Assembly (NCBI GenBank): GCA_965248195.1
Contig: CBDFIQ010000002.1
Span: 1,664,001-1,728,000, forward strand
Reading direction: 5' to 3'
DNA: 64,000 bases
From: Longimicrobiales bacterium
GTDB taxonomy: Bacteria > Gemmatimonadota > Gemmatimonadetes > Longimicrobiales > Gaopeijiaceae
Part shown: one piece after another, positions 10,708 through 20,178 of the stretch
How the letters are laid out: each line of letters begins with the position of its first letter
Position numbering within the stretch: the first letter of the stretch is position 1
Program-made: the position numbers and the translations under genes
The notes under the pieces: model-generated
What the model was told of the DNA's origin: nothing
Database searches by the model: none
Seen by the model: only the letters and a program-made list of their open reading frames with translations

Positions 10708-11229
10708 TCACTGCACCCCGGGACCCGCGATCAACGCCCCATTCTCGAACGTATACACACCCTGCATCCAGACCCCGGGGAGGAGTGCGACGTTGTCCGA
10801 CACGGCCATCACCACCTGAAAGCTCGGGTCGATCCGCAGCGTCATCTGCAGCCACCACTCCTGATTGGGGCCCCGATCGTTGGGAGAGTCGTAGGCGTCG
10901 GCCTGCCCGTTCAGGAGCCGGGAGTTGATGCTTCCCTGGTAGCCGACCATCGATCGCAGCGGCTCGAACGTTACCAGATCGAACGCCGGATCCGACGCGG
11001 CATTGGGGTAGATGTAATTGTTCACGTAGAACTCTTCGAGCCCATGGAAAAGGATCCTTCCGTCCGCGACAACCGACGTGAGGTGTGCCTTGACCTGCAG
11101 GTCCCGCGTTACCAGACCCGCGATCCCCGCGAGGAGCCCGACGATCACGGTGACGATCATCAACTCAATTAGCGTGAATCCACGCTGGTGTTCGGGATGC
11201 GCAAGCGCCCGAACGGACCCGGTATTCAT
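10708..11229 (-). CDS. Type IV pilin/pseudopilin with N-methylation motif
   Basis: QRG|FTLIELMIVTVIVGLLAGIA; ATG at 11229 chosen. Confidence 0.85.
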   Translation of the reverse strand: MNTGSVRALAHPEHQRGFTLIELMIVTVIVGLLAGIAGLVTRDLQVKAHLTSVVADGRILFHGLEEFYVNNYIYPNAASDPAFDLVTFEPLRSMVGYQGSINSRLLNGQADAYDSPNDRGPNQEWWLQMTLRIDPSFQVVMAVSDNVALLPGVWMQGVYTFENGALIAGPGVQ

Positions 11230-11354
11230 GGAAAAAAATGGGCCGCTACGGGGGATTCTACAAGGCTCGTGGCTCAAAACCGTGGGTCGCGGAGAGAATA
11301 ATGCCCCATATTGTAGGTATGAACCCTCGAACAAAATGTGATTCTCTCCGTCAG

Positions 11355-11762
11355 ATGGAGCCCTGCGTAGCTCCCCTGCAGCGATGCGGTGGGTTCACGC
11401 TGATCGAACTCATGATCGTCACGGTCATCATCGCGCTCCTTGCGGCGATCGCGCTTCCGCAGTTCGGCGGTATCCGCCAAAGGGCATACAACACCGCCGC
11501 TCTGGCGGATCTCAACAACGCCAACAAGGAGATCGAGCGCTTCTTCAACGAGCACTATGCGTACCCGACGGACGACGACGAGCTCATCGCTGAGGGATAC
11601 ACACACACCTCCGGCGTTGCGTTCACCACGTTCGGCATCAGAGATGCCGGCGGTCCCGATGAGCGCGTACATATGCACATCGACCACGAGGCGTCGAGAC
11701 AGTACTATCACTACGAGTATCCCAAGGGTTATACGGGAGTGCCCGAACTCCGCTGGAAGTAG
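11355..11762 (+). CDS. Type IV pilin/pseudopilin with N-methylation motif
   Basis: GG|FTLIELMIVTVIIALLAAIALPQF; ATG at 11355 chosen. Confidence 0.87.
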   Translation: MEPCVAPLQRCGGFTLIELMIVTVIIALLAAIALPQFGGIRQRAYNTAALADLNNANKEIERFFNEHYAYPTDDDELIAEGYTHTSGVAFTTFGIRDAGGPDERVHMHIDHEASRQYYHYEYPKGYTGVPELRWK

Positions 11763-11775
11763 TCCCCTGGCCCGA

Positions 11776-12240
11776 TCAGTTCGGATCGAGGGACACGTCC
11801 TCCACGATCCATCCCGTCTCGGCCGTGAACTGCAGTTGGCAGAGGACTTCGTCCCTGGTCCGGCGTCTGCCGTCCTGGAGCTCTACCGCCAACCGCACTT
11901 CGTACTCCCCACCCTGCAGGTACTCGGGTCCGCCGGGGCCCACGATCGAGGGATTCCGGGCAGCCAAGCGAGACTCGACCGCTTCGCGACAGACGCGGAC
12001 CGCCTCTTCCTCTGAGTGTAGGGCCTCGACTTCGGGATCGGGACCGACCTCCCTGGTGGCTGTGGCCCAGAGGTTGAGCGCCACCAGCACGACTACTGCG
12101 ACCATCGCTTTCTTCATCCAGCCCCGAGAGTATCCCCACGGGAGGCCGAGAGGACCCTTCGACAGGGCTCCGCAGTGAGGGCAGTCCGACCGACCGCGTG
12201 TGAACTTGCGGTCGCAGAGGTGACAGGTTTTTTGCGCCAA
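11776..12240 (-). CDS. Hypothetical membrane-anchored protein with N-terminal zinc ribbon
   Basis: CHLC-x9-CPHC, one TM helix, C-terminal domain with two Cys; TTG start. Confidence 0.65.
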   Translation of the reverse strand: MAQKTCHLCDRKFTRGRSDCPHCGALSKGPLGLPWGYSRGWMKKAMVAVVVLVALNLWATATREVGPDPEVEALHSEEEAVRVCREAVESRLAARNPSIVGPGGPEYLQGGEYEVRLAVELQDGRRRTRDEVLCQLQFTAETGWIVEDVSLDPN

Positions 12241-12252
12241 CGGTTTTTTCCC

Positions 12253-12633
12253 TTAACAGCAGGAACAGGTGGGTCCGCCGTCTGCAAAGAACTCACTGCT
12301 GGCGTTGCGGACCTCGTTGCGGCCGGCGTCGCCACGAGCCAGTCCAAGTGGTCGCCACCCCACGCCGGTCCGGCGTAGTGGCGTACGTTCCCACGAAGAG
12401 CGTTCCGCTCGCGACGTCGTTCCAATCCAACGCAGCCAGCCGAGCCCGCGGTCGTTCAGCTCGGGGAAGACCGATTGGGCTCGAGATCGGGCGACCGATA
12501 GTGCTCTAGATCCGTCAGCCGGGACCGGCGCAGCATGGAGTTCCTCGGGATACGATCCGATCGCTGCCGCACCGACTACCGCTCCTGCACCCTTGATGAA
12601 ATTTCGTCGAGTGGGTCCCCGGTCCGGCTTCAT
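12253..12633 (-). CDS. Short Tat-signal protein, possibly an internally deleted remnant
   Basis: TRRNFIKG twin-arginine motif plus hydrophobic stretch; ends in CSCC. Confidence 0.5.
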   Translation of the reverse strand: MKPDRGPTRRNFIKGAGAVVGAAAIGSYPEELHAAPVPADGSRALSVARSRAQSVFPELNDRGLGWLRWIGTTSRAERSSWERTPLRRTGVGWRPLGLARGDAGRNEVRNASSEFFADGGPTCSCC

Positions 12634-12888
12634 ACCATGTCTCTCGGTTGGCGAGTGAACTCGTTTGGTCGGCGTTGGGAATTGTTTGTTCGGTGTGTGA
12701 ACTCTCTACATGGATGGTATGGATCGACCCGCACGCTTCACAAGGGTGCAGGTTGGGAGCCACCAGGCCACGGCCCGTGAGGGCTGAACGGGCATCTGAA
12801 TCTTCGGATTGCCGGGCTGGGGTAGCCCACATAGCTTTGCAACGATCCAGACGCGATGATTCGCCCGGCCACCTAGGGAGGCCCTTCG

Positions 12889-13845
12889 ATGTCACACATG
12901 GACCGAAAAGGACTGGCCCTCGTGGCCGCACTCATTGCTACGAACACGATCCCTGCAGCGGGCGCTCAGGCCCAAGGGACTCGGGGCCAAGAGTCGCCTT
13001 ACCGCCTCGTGGACGGCTGGGCTCAATTGCCCAACGGCGTAGACGCATGGGGCCAGACCATCGGGCTCGACATGGATGGCGACGGCAACCTCTGGGTCTT
13101 CCATCGGTGTTTTTCGACGAGCTGCAACGAGGGGCGCGAGAACGTGACGCCTGTTCTCAAGTACGACCCCTCGGGCCGACTCTTGGAGAGCTGGGGCGAG
13201 GGGATGTTCATCTGGCCTCACGGGTTTTTCCTGGACGCGGACGGGAACGTCTGGACGACGGATGCCCGCGGGGAGGACGGCAAGGGCCATCAAGTCTTCA
13301 AGTTCACTCCGGACGGTAGGCTCTTGATGACCCTCGGCACCGCCGGGGTCGCCGGTGACGGGGAAGACACGTTCGATGGTCCTGCCGACGTAGCCGTGGC
13401 ACCCAATGGAGACATTTTCGTGGTCGATGGACACGGCAACAACCGGGTCGTGAAGTTCGCGAAAGACGGTCGGTTCATCATGGAGTGGGGCGGGGCAGGG
13501 ACGGGCCCCGGGCAATTCAACGAGCCCCACTGCCTCGCCTTCGACTCCAGAGGACGGCTCTTTGTGGGCGACCGTGTGAATCAGAGAATTCAGGTCTTCG
13601 ATCAGAACGGACGCTACCTCGCCGAGTGGCCGGGCATCATGGCGAGCGGGATGTACATCACCGATGACGACGTGCTCTATGTCGCGGACTACCAGTTGAG
13701 AGAGAGGATCGTGATCGCGAACGCCAGCGACTTTTCGGAGATCGGCTTCATCGACGCGCTGCCCGAGGGCGTGGCCGTGGACCTAATGGGGAACGTGTAC
13801 GCGGGAGAGGTCGCGGGGAGGAATCTGAAGAAGTTTACGAGATAA
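12889..13845 (+). CDS. NHL-repeat, peptidyl-alpha-hydroxyglycine alpha-amidating lyase-like protein
   Basis: FIWPHGF..D.DGNVW.TD, P.DVAVAPNGDIFV.DGHGNNRV, GQFNEPH motifs; signal peptide. Confidence 0.88.
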   Translation: MSHMDRKGLALVAALIATNTIPAAGAQAQGTRGQESPYRLVDGWAQLPNGVDAWGQTIGLDMDGDGNLWVFHRCFSTSCNEGRENVTPVLKYDPSGRLLESWGEGMFIWPHGFFLDADGNVWTTDARGEDGKGHQVFKFTPDGRLLMTLGTAGVAGDGEDTFDGPADVAVAPNGDIFVVDGHGNNRVVKFAKDGRFIMEWGGAGTGPGQFNEPHCLAFDSRGRLFVGDRVNQRIQVFDQNGRYLAEWPGIMASGMYITDDDVLYVADYQLRERIVIANASDFSEIGFIDALPEGVAVDLMGNVYAGEVAGRNLKKFTR

Positions 13846-13866
13846 CTTATTGCTAGGCTTAGCATT

Positions 13867-13910
13867 AAAGGACGGCCCCTCCACGAAGTTCTCGGGAGGG
13901 GCCGTCCTTT
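13867..13910. terminator. Bidirectional intrinsic terminator between convergent NHL genes
   Basis: AAAGGACGGCCCCTCC...GGAGGGGCCGTCCTTT inverted repeat. Confidence 0.8.
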
Positions 13911-13929
13911 GTCCGTGGCTGACTAAGGC

Positions 13930-15024
13930 CTACCGCCTCGAAGATCTCACCAAGGCACCTCCACCGGACACCACCGCTCCGTAGACGTTACCGGCAGCGT
14001 CCACCGCCACGCCCTCGGGGTTCGAGCCATTGGGATAGGCATCCACAGCTCCGTCGATGAGCGTCGTGACGATACCGTCCCTGAGGCTCCCAACCCGAAT
14101 GGCCGGCTTCCAGCCCGGGTTGCGGACATCGTCGAACGCCGACTCCGAATCGGCCACGTAGATGATGTCGTCATACCTGATGTAGATCCCGCTCGGCCGG
14201 CCGAACTGCTTGAACTCACCCACGTACGTACCGTCCGTCTCGAAAATCTGCAGGCGGTTGTTGCCCCGGTCGCCGACAACCAAGCGGCCCCGGGAATCCA
14301 TGTCCAATGCGTGCGGAGTCCGCAGGTCGCCGGGACCTGATCCCCATTGGCCCCAGGATTGAAGAAACCGGCCGGTTCTGTCGAACTTGACGATGCGCGC
14401 CACGGTTTCCGGTGTGGCATCCTCGCTCTGGCCCCCGTGGCCGTCCCCGATATAGATGTTGCCGTCGGCGTCGATGACGACATCGTTCGGTGTATTGAGC
14501 AACTCATCGGTTCCGTCACCGGCGACCCCGAGTGTGCCGAGCGTCAGCAGGACCTCCCCCTGGGGGCTGAGCTTGATGACCACGTGGCCCCTGCCCGCTG
14601 TGTTCGGGTTGTTGGGGTTCGGTCCTTGCGCGTCCGTCACCCACACGTTGCCGTCACGGTCCACGTGCAGCCCGTGAGGGAAGAGAAACAGCCCGCCGCC
14701 CATGCTGGCCACCACGTTGCCATCCGGATCGAACTTGAGAATGGGATTGGCGTCCGACCCTGCGCAGCTGTTGCCGCCACATCGGTCGATGGCCCAGAGG
14801 TGGATGCCGTCCGGATCGATATCGACGCCGGCCGTCGACCCCCACGTCCTTCCGTCGGGCAGCCTCGCCCACCCGTCCACACTGCGATACGGGTTGGGTA
14901 GATCATTGATTGGCGGGATGCTGACGTTTCCCAGGGTCTGGGCAACCGCCCCCTCGACCACCACCACCATCAGTGCGGCACCGGCGAGCGCCAGCGTCGA
15001 TCCTACTAGTCTTGAGACCGTCAT
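13930..15024 (-). CDS. NHL-repeat, PAL-like protein (second paralog)
   Basis: FPHGLHVDRDGNVWVTD, TPHALDMDSRGRL, DRGNNRLQIF; ATG at 15024 with RBS. Confidence 0.88.
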   Translation of the reverse strand: MTVSRLVGSTLALAGAALMVVVVEGAVAQTLGNVSIPPINDLPNPYRSVDGWARLPDGRTWGSTAGVDIDPDGIHLWAIDRCGGNSCAGSDANPILKFDPDGNVVASMGGGLFLFPHGLHVDRDGNVWVTDAQGPNPNNPNTAGRGHVVIKLSPQGEVLLTLGTLGVAGDGTDELLNTPNDVVIDADGNIYIGDGHGGQSEDATPETVARIVKFDRTGRFLQSWGQWGSGPGDLRTPHALDMDSRGRLVVGDRGNNRLQIFETDGTYVGEFKQFGRPSGIYIRYDDIIYVADSESAFDDVRNPGWKPAIRVGSLRDGIVTTLIDGAVDAYPNGSNPEGVAVDAAGNVYGAVVSGGGALVRSSRR

Positions 15025-15189
15025 GGCTGTCTCCCCCTTCTCAAAGGTTCGTTCATTTCCAGCCCCGGCGGGCCGAGCCACGGGTCGTCCTGTGGATTGC
15101 CTCGGGCCAGAACACAATAGGGAGGGAAATTAGGAGACGATTGCGAGATAGCAACCGGCCGGAGACGAACGAGGAAACTTCGAGATTGC

Positions 15190-16650
15190 CTACGATGCAT
15201 AGTCCTCCAGGATCAATTGCGCCCGGTCCTCTTCGGAGACGAGTCGGCGGTATGCGCGAGCCGCGAGCCAGAATGCGAGCCCCGCTGCACCGAGCGTCCC
15301 GAGGATGAACCACTCGAGGGGCCAAACGAGCATGCTCGGGCTCCCAGGGACCAGCATCACGAGGAGGATAAACAGCGAGCCGGCAGCGGCCACGTAGGCG
15401 AGCGCGTTCCCGCCGGGCATTCTGTACGGACGTTCTAACCCGGGGAATTTCTTGCGCAGTTGGATGAGCGAGAGCGCCACCCCCAGGAACGCCAGCGCGA
15501 TACAAAACGATCCGACGTCGACGAAGGCGATGATCGCCCCTCGGCCGAGCCACGCAGAGAGGAACGTTACCAGACCGCTGAACAGTACCGCGTTGGTGGG
15601 GGTCCCGAATCGAGGATGCGTCCGGCCGAACGATGCGTGGATGATGTGTCCCCGCCCCAGCGAAAACAGCACGCGGGAGCCAGCCAGGAAAAAGCCGTTC
15701 CAACTCGTGAGCAGCCCGATGAGCCCGGCGACAAGCACGAGCCTCACGAGCAGCTCGGACTCGAATGCCGACGAGAACGCCGCGGCCGTGGGAAGCTCTT
15801 CGCCGACGAGGCTCCGCCAAGGCGCGGTCATACCCGCTCCGATTATGATCGCAACGTAGAAAACCGTCGAGCCGATAATGGCGAGAATGACATAGATGCC
15901 GAGCCGATGGAGCGGCGAGTCCTCGCGGCGCTCCTCGGCGGCCTGGGGAATCGTGTCGAAGCCGACGTACCAGAAGGGAACGGTCACGAAGACGGCAAGC
16001 ATTCCGGCCAAGCCGCCGCTCCCGAGAGCGCGGTCCCCGAAATAGGGGGCAAGGTTGCCGATCTCGCCGCTGGCGATGCCCGAGACGACGAAGAGGAGGG
16101 CACACAGCAGAAAAACGCCCGTCAACACGATCTGGACCCGCGAGGCGATCGCTACACCGAAATAATTGATGGCGGTGATGAAGCCGGTAAAGACGAAGGC
16201 CAGCAGTAGGTGCGAGGCGTAGACCGTGGAGCCTGCGATTTCGTACAGCGGAAGCACGTCGATTTGCGGAAACAGAAACGAAAGGACCAGACCCACCGAA
16301 ATCGCCTCGAACGCCGAGACGGACAGGTAGCCGAAGGCGAGGAACCACCCGATCACGAAGGCCTTGGAGGTGCCGTAGGCCTTATAGGCATAGGCCACCT
16401 CTCCACCGGTCACCGGAAGCATGGGTGTGACCTCGGCGTAGCAGAGCCCGATGATCAGCATGAGCGCGCCGCCTGCCATAAACGCTACGATCGCCCCGAC
16501 GGGGCCGGCTTGCTCGAACCAGCCGCCCAGGGCGGTGATCCAACCGACACCGATCATCGAGCCGAACGCGAGCGCGAAAAATCCGAATCCGCTGATCGCC
16601 CTTTTCAGCTCCGGGCGTGCGGTGGATGACTCGGTATCGATGGTCGGCAT
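15190..16650 (-). CDS. APC family amino acid permease
   Basis: GSMIGVG, CYAE, GFDTIPQAAEE, HPRFGTP, ERPYRMPG; about 12 TM helices. Confidence 0.92.
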   Translation of the reverse strand: MPTIDTESSTARPELKRAISGFGFFALAFGSMIGVGWITALGGWFEQAGPVGAIVAFMAGGALMLIIGLCYAEVTPMLPVTGGEVAYAYKAYGTSKAFVIGWFLAFGYLSVSAFEAISVGLVLSFLFPQIDVLPLYEIAGSTVYASHLLLAFVFTGFITAINYFGVAIASRVQIVLTGVFLLCALLFVVSGIASGEIGNLAPYFGDRALGSGGLAGMLAVFVTVPFWYVGFDTIPQAAEERREDSPLHRLGIYVILAIIGSTVFYVAIIIGAGMTAPWRSLVGEELPTAAAFSSAFESELLVRLVLVAGLIGLLTSWNGFFLAGSRVLFSLGRGHIIHASFGRTHPRFGTPTNAVLFSGLVTFLSAWLGRGAIIAFVDVGSFCIALAFLGVALSLIQLRKKFPGLERPYRMPGGNALAYVAAAGSLFILLVMLVPGSPSMLVWPLEWFILGTLGAAGLAFWLAARAYRRLVSEEDRAQLILEDYAS

Positions 16651-16679
16651 GGGCCCTTGCTCTATCGAGCGATCGGCGT

Positions 16680-18317
16680 CTAGCGCTCGAAAACCACCCT
16701 TCCGCCAAGGATGGTCTTCTCGACCACGACGTCCAGAATGCGCTCTGGATCGATCGTCAGGAGGTCGTCGGACAGAACGACCATATCGGCCAGCTTGCCC
16801 GGCTCGAGCGTCCCCTTGATGTCCTCCTCGAACGTGATGTAGGCCCCGTTCCGTGTGTAACCCCGGATGGCTTCCTCCATCGTCAGCCGTTCCTCGGGTG
16901 CGTATACGGCTCCGGATGCTCCCTTACGCGTGACGGCCGCGTAGATACCAACCATCGGCCCGATCGGCAGGATGTCGCTGCTGAGTGCCACGAAAACGCC
17001 ATGGTCCATGGGACTGCGGAGCGGGTTGTTGTGAGCGGCGTGCTCCTCCTGGAGATACTCGACGTAACGTCCCTCCAACGTGTAGGTGAAGTTCGGCTGC
17101 TGGGTGATCAGGATGTCATGCTCGGCCATCAACTCCATCACTTCGGGGGGAGGGCGGACCGTAAAGTGGTTGAGGTAATGGCGATGGTTGTCGCACGGGG
17201 AAGCTTCGAGCGCCTCGGCGAAATAGTTCACGATGAGCTGGATCGCCGCGTCTCCGATGGCGTGGAAGCCCATTTGCCACCCCATTTCGTGGGCCTGTCC
17301 GACGAGCGTGCGCAATTCCGCCGCCTCGATGTCAAGCGATCCGTGGAAACCGGGCTCGCTCCGGTAGGAATCGATCGTATACGCGCTGGGCCCCGTGAAG
17401 CCGCCGTCGACGAACACCTTCACGGCCCCCACCCGAAGTCGTTCGTCCCCATCACCGGTTTTCTTGCCGAACGCGTTCATCTGCTCGGGTCCGCCCCAGC
17501 GAATCTGAACGTTGGCGCACGGAAGCTCCTCGCCGTGCTCAGCGTAAACCACCTCCCACTCCTCGTAACCACCCGTCGAAACTCCCGCCTGGGCGAGGCT
17601 CGTGATACCGAGCTCGAGCAGGTCCCGAAGGTGCTGAGTGAAACTGGGGCGCGTCTCCTCTCGTGACGCGCGGGGGACGAGGCGCCCCACGGTGTCTTGG
17701 CGCTCACGGATGATCCCGTTCAGCTCGCCCCGTTCGTCCTTCTCCAAGATCCCCCTCGCCGGATCAGGAGAGGCGCTGGTGATCCCGGCGAGCTCGAACG
17801 CCAGGCTGTTCACCACGGCGCTGTGCCCACCCGCCCGGGTGAGCGTGACCGGACTACGTGGAGCCGCTTCGTCCAGATCGGTCCGTGTGGGTTTGCGCAG
17901 CTCGGCGAAAGCGTCCTCCGACCAGCCATACCCCGTGATCCACTCCCCCTCGCCGAGTTGTACGACCTTGGCCCGCACTTGCTCTTGCAACTGTGCGACC
18001 GAAGTGGTCTCGGTCAGGTCGATTTCTCGGAGGGGGTCCCCGCTGATGTGGATGTGTGAGTCGTTGAACCCCGGAAGCACTGTCTTGCCCTCGAGATCGA
18101 TCGTCTGTTGGGCGACGTATCTTTCGAGCAGATCATTCCCACCGACCTCGACGATTCTGCCGTCACGAACGGCCACGGCCTGCTGGATGGAGAACGCATC
18201 ATCCACGGTCACGATCTTGCCGTTGTGGAGCACCAGGTCCGCCGGCTCCCGCTCGCTGCAGGCGCTGAAGAGCAGAAGCACCAGACCCAGAATCAGCTTG
18301 TTCGAAGTACTAAGCAC
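16680..18317 (-). CDS. Amidohydrolase 3 (YtcJ-like) lipoprotein
   Basis: PGFNDSHIH, HAIGD, SSD, KGTLEPGKLADMVVL; lipobox FSAC. Confidence 0.9.
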   Translation of the reverse strand: MLSTSNKLILGLVLLLFSACSEREPADLVLHNGKIVTVDDAFSIQQAVAVRDGRIVEVGGNDLLERYVAQQTIDLEGKTVLPGFNDSHIHISGDPLREIDLTETTSVAQLQEQVRAKVVQLGEGEWITGYGWSEDAFAELRKPTRTDLDEAAPRSPVTLTRAGGHSAVVNSLAFELAGITSASPDPARGILEKDERGELNGIIRERQDTVGRLVPRASREETRPSFTQHLRDLLELGITSLAQAGVSTGGYEEWEVVYAEHGEELPCANVQIRWGGPEQMNAFGKKTGDGDERLRVGAVKVFVDGGFTGPSAYTIDSYRSEPGFHGSLDIEAAELRTLVGQAHEMGWQMGFHAIGDAAIQLIVNYFAEALEASPCDNHRHYLNHFTVRPPPEVMELMAEHDILITQQPNFTYTLEGRYVEYLQEEHAAHNNPLRSPMDHGVFVALSSDILPIGPMVGIYAAVTRKGASGAVYAPEERLTMEEAIRGYTRNGAYITFEEDIKGTLEPGKLADMVVLSDDLLTIDPERILDVVVEKTILGGRVVFER

Positions 18318-18733
18318 TTGATGTCTCCTCCTCGCATCTCGTCGCAGAATTCCTATCGCGGCGAGAATTGCCGTGATGCGATGCCGCCCGACTCGTGCAT
18401 CGCGCGGACAATGCCCTTCAGGGACTCAACTCACAAGGGTCGTCCCGCCAATGCTCAGCTCTTTCAAGCCGCTGGAAAACATTCGACCATCGAGTCGACA
18501 TTCTCCATCAAGCGTGACGAGGGGCGGATACCTTTGCAGTCGAATCGCTTGGACCTAAAATACCTGCGGAAACTCCACAGTCGGCGATGCTCGTTATCGT
18601 CCTCTCATAGCCCACCACCGGCCCAGCCGTTTTTGTGTGGAGGTGAGGCTCAACTACTCGACCGCGATGATTCCTCAACCACGGTGAGCCGTGTCAACGG
18701 GACCGCCTGAACAGAAAACGAAAAAGGACTCAC

Positions 18734-20146
18734 ATGACTATGCGCGAAACGTTCATGATGGCCGCGGCGTTGGTGACGGCTTCCCCACTGTTTGCACAAA
18801 CGTCCAACGACCCCTTTCCGTCACCGATCGCGTCGACCAGGGGCGTGATCCGAGTCGACTTCACTGAATTCGCCTCGTTGCCGGACATCGATGGAGCACC
18901 CGCACGCATGATGCGGCTTGTGGATGAGCCAGGCACCGGCCGCATCTTCGTCAACGATATGCGCGGTCCTCTCTACCGTGTCAGCTATGACGGCCGGACC
19001 GTCACCGAGTACGTCGATATCAATGATCCCAACTGGGAAGTCGCTGTTCAGTCCTCTAGCAGGGAACGGGGCTTCCAGAGCTTCGCGTTCCATCCCCAAT
19101 TCGGCGAGCCCGGCACCGGGGGTTTCGGAAAGTTCTACACATGGACGGACAGCAGAAATATCGAGCCGGCGCCGGACTTCAGGCCCAGTGGCGGCGGCGA
19201 TACGCACGACACGGTCCTTTTCGAATGGACTGCCCGTAACGCCGGGGGCACCACCTACGACGGGCGCCCTCCGCGGGAGGTGCTGCGAATTCAACAACCC
19301 TTTGGCAACCACAATGGCGGGCAGATCGGCTTCAATCCGCTTGCGTCGCCCGGTGACGCCGAGTTCGGTCTCCTTTACGTGTCCGTCGCCGACGGAGGCA
19401 GCGGAGGGGACCCGCTCAACCACGCCCAGAACCTTGCCTCGGCTTTCGGGAAGATCCTACGTATCGACCCGCTCGGCTCGAACAGCGCGAATGGCGAGTA
19501 CGGGATCCCGGCCACCAACCCGTTTGCCGGAGATGGGGACGCGGCCACGTTGGGCGAAATCTACGCCTACGGTGTGCGCAACGCGCAGCGTTTCGCGTGG
19601 GACGCCGTGAACGGCAACATGTTTCTCGCGGACATCGGCCAGAACATCGTGGAGAAGCTCACTCTCGTTACGGCCGGAGCCAACCTTGGGTGGAACGTCT
19701 GGGAGGGGAGCTTCCGGTTCATCAGCCGATCCGAGGTCAGCCTTGTCAACCAGCGCGGCGATCCCGCCGTCACCTATCCGGTGGCGGAGTGGGGGCAGCT
19801 GGATCCCCTGCTCCAGTCCCAATCCGCCGCCTCCGGGCTCCACGTGTACCGCGACGACGCGATTCCTCAGCTGGCGAACCTCGTTCTGTTCGCAGACCAG
19901 CCGAGTGGAGAGATTTTTTATATCCAGGCCGACGATCTTCCGAACGGCGGACAGGATGCCATCCGCCGGATCCTGCTCAACGACGGTGGCTGGGCGAAGA
20001 CCCTACTTCAGGTCATTCAGGAAAAGAACGCGGATCAAGGGACATCGCCCGCCTCACGCGTGGACCTGCGTTTCGGACCAGGACCGGACGGCCAGGTTTT
20101 CCTGCTCAACAAGTACGACGGAATCATCCGGCTGCTTGTTCCCTAA
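18734..20146 (+). CDS. PQQ-dependent sugar dehydrogenase (glucose/sorbosone dehydrogenase family)
   Basis: AFHPQF, NHNGGQI.F, DGGSGGDP, GKILRIDP, EIYAYGVRN. Confidence 0.88.
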   Translation: MTMRETFMMAAALVTASPLFAQTSNDPFPSPIASTRGVIRVDFTEFASLPDIDGAPARMMRLVDEPGTGRIFVNDMRGPLYRVSYDGRTVTEYVDINDPNWEVAVQSSSRERGFQSFAFHPQFGEPGTGGFGKFYTWTDSRNIEPAPDFRPSGGGDTHDTVLFEWTARNAGGTTYDGRPPREVLRIQQPFGNHNGGQIGFNPLASPGDAEFGLLYVSVADGGSGGDPLNHAQNLASAFGKILRIDPLGSNSANGEYGIPATNPFAGDGDAATLGEIYAYGVRNAQRFAWDAVNGNMFLADIGQNIVEKLTLVTAGANLGWNVWEGSFRFISRSEVSLVNQRGDPAVTYPVAEWGQLDPLLQSQSAASGLHVYRDDAIPQLANLVLFADQPSGEIFYIQADDLPNGGQDAIRRILLNDGGWAKTLLQVIQEKNADQGTSPASRVDLRFGPGPDGQVFLLNKYDGIIRLLVP

Positions 20147-20178
20147 CGGGGCTGGCTCGCGGTGAGCAGGTGCCCTCC

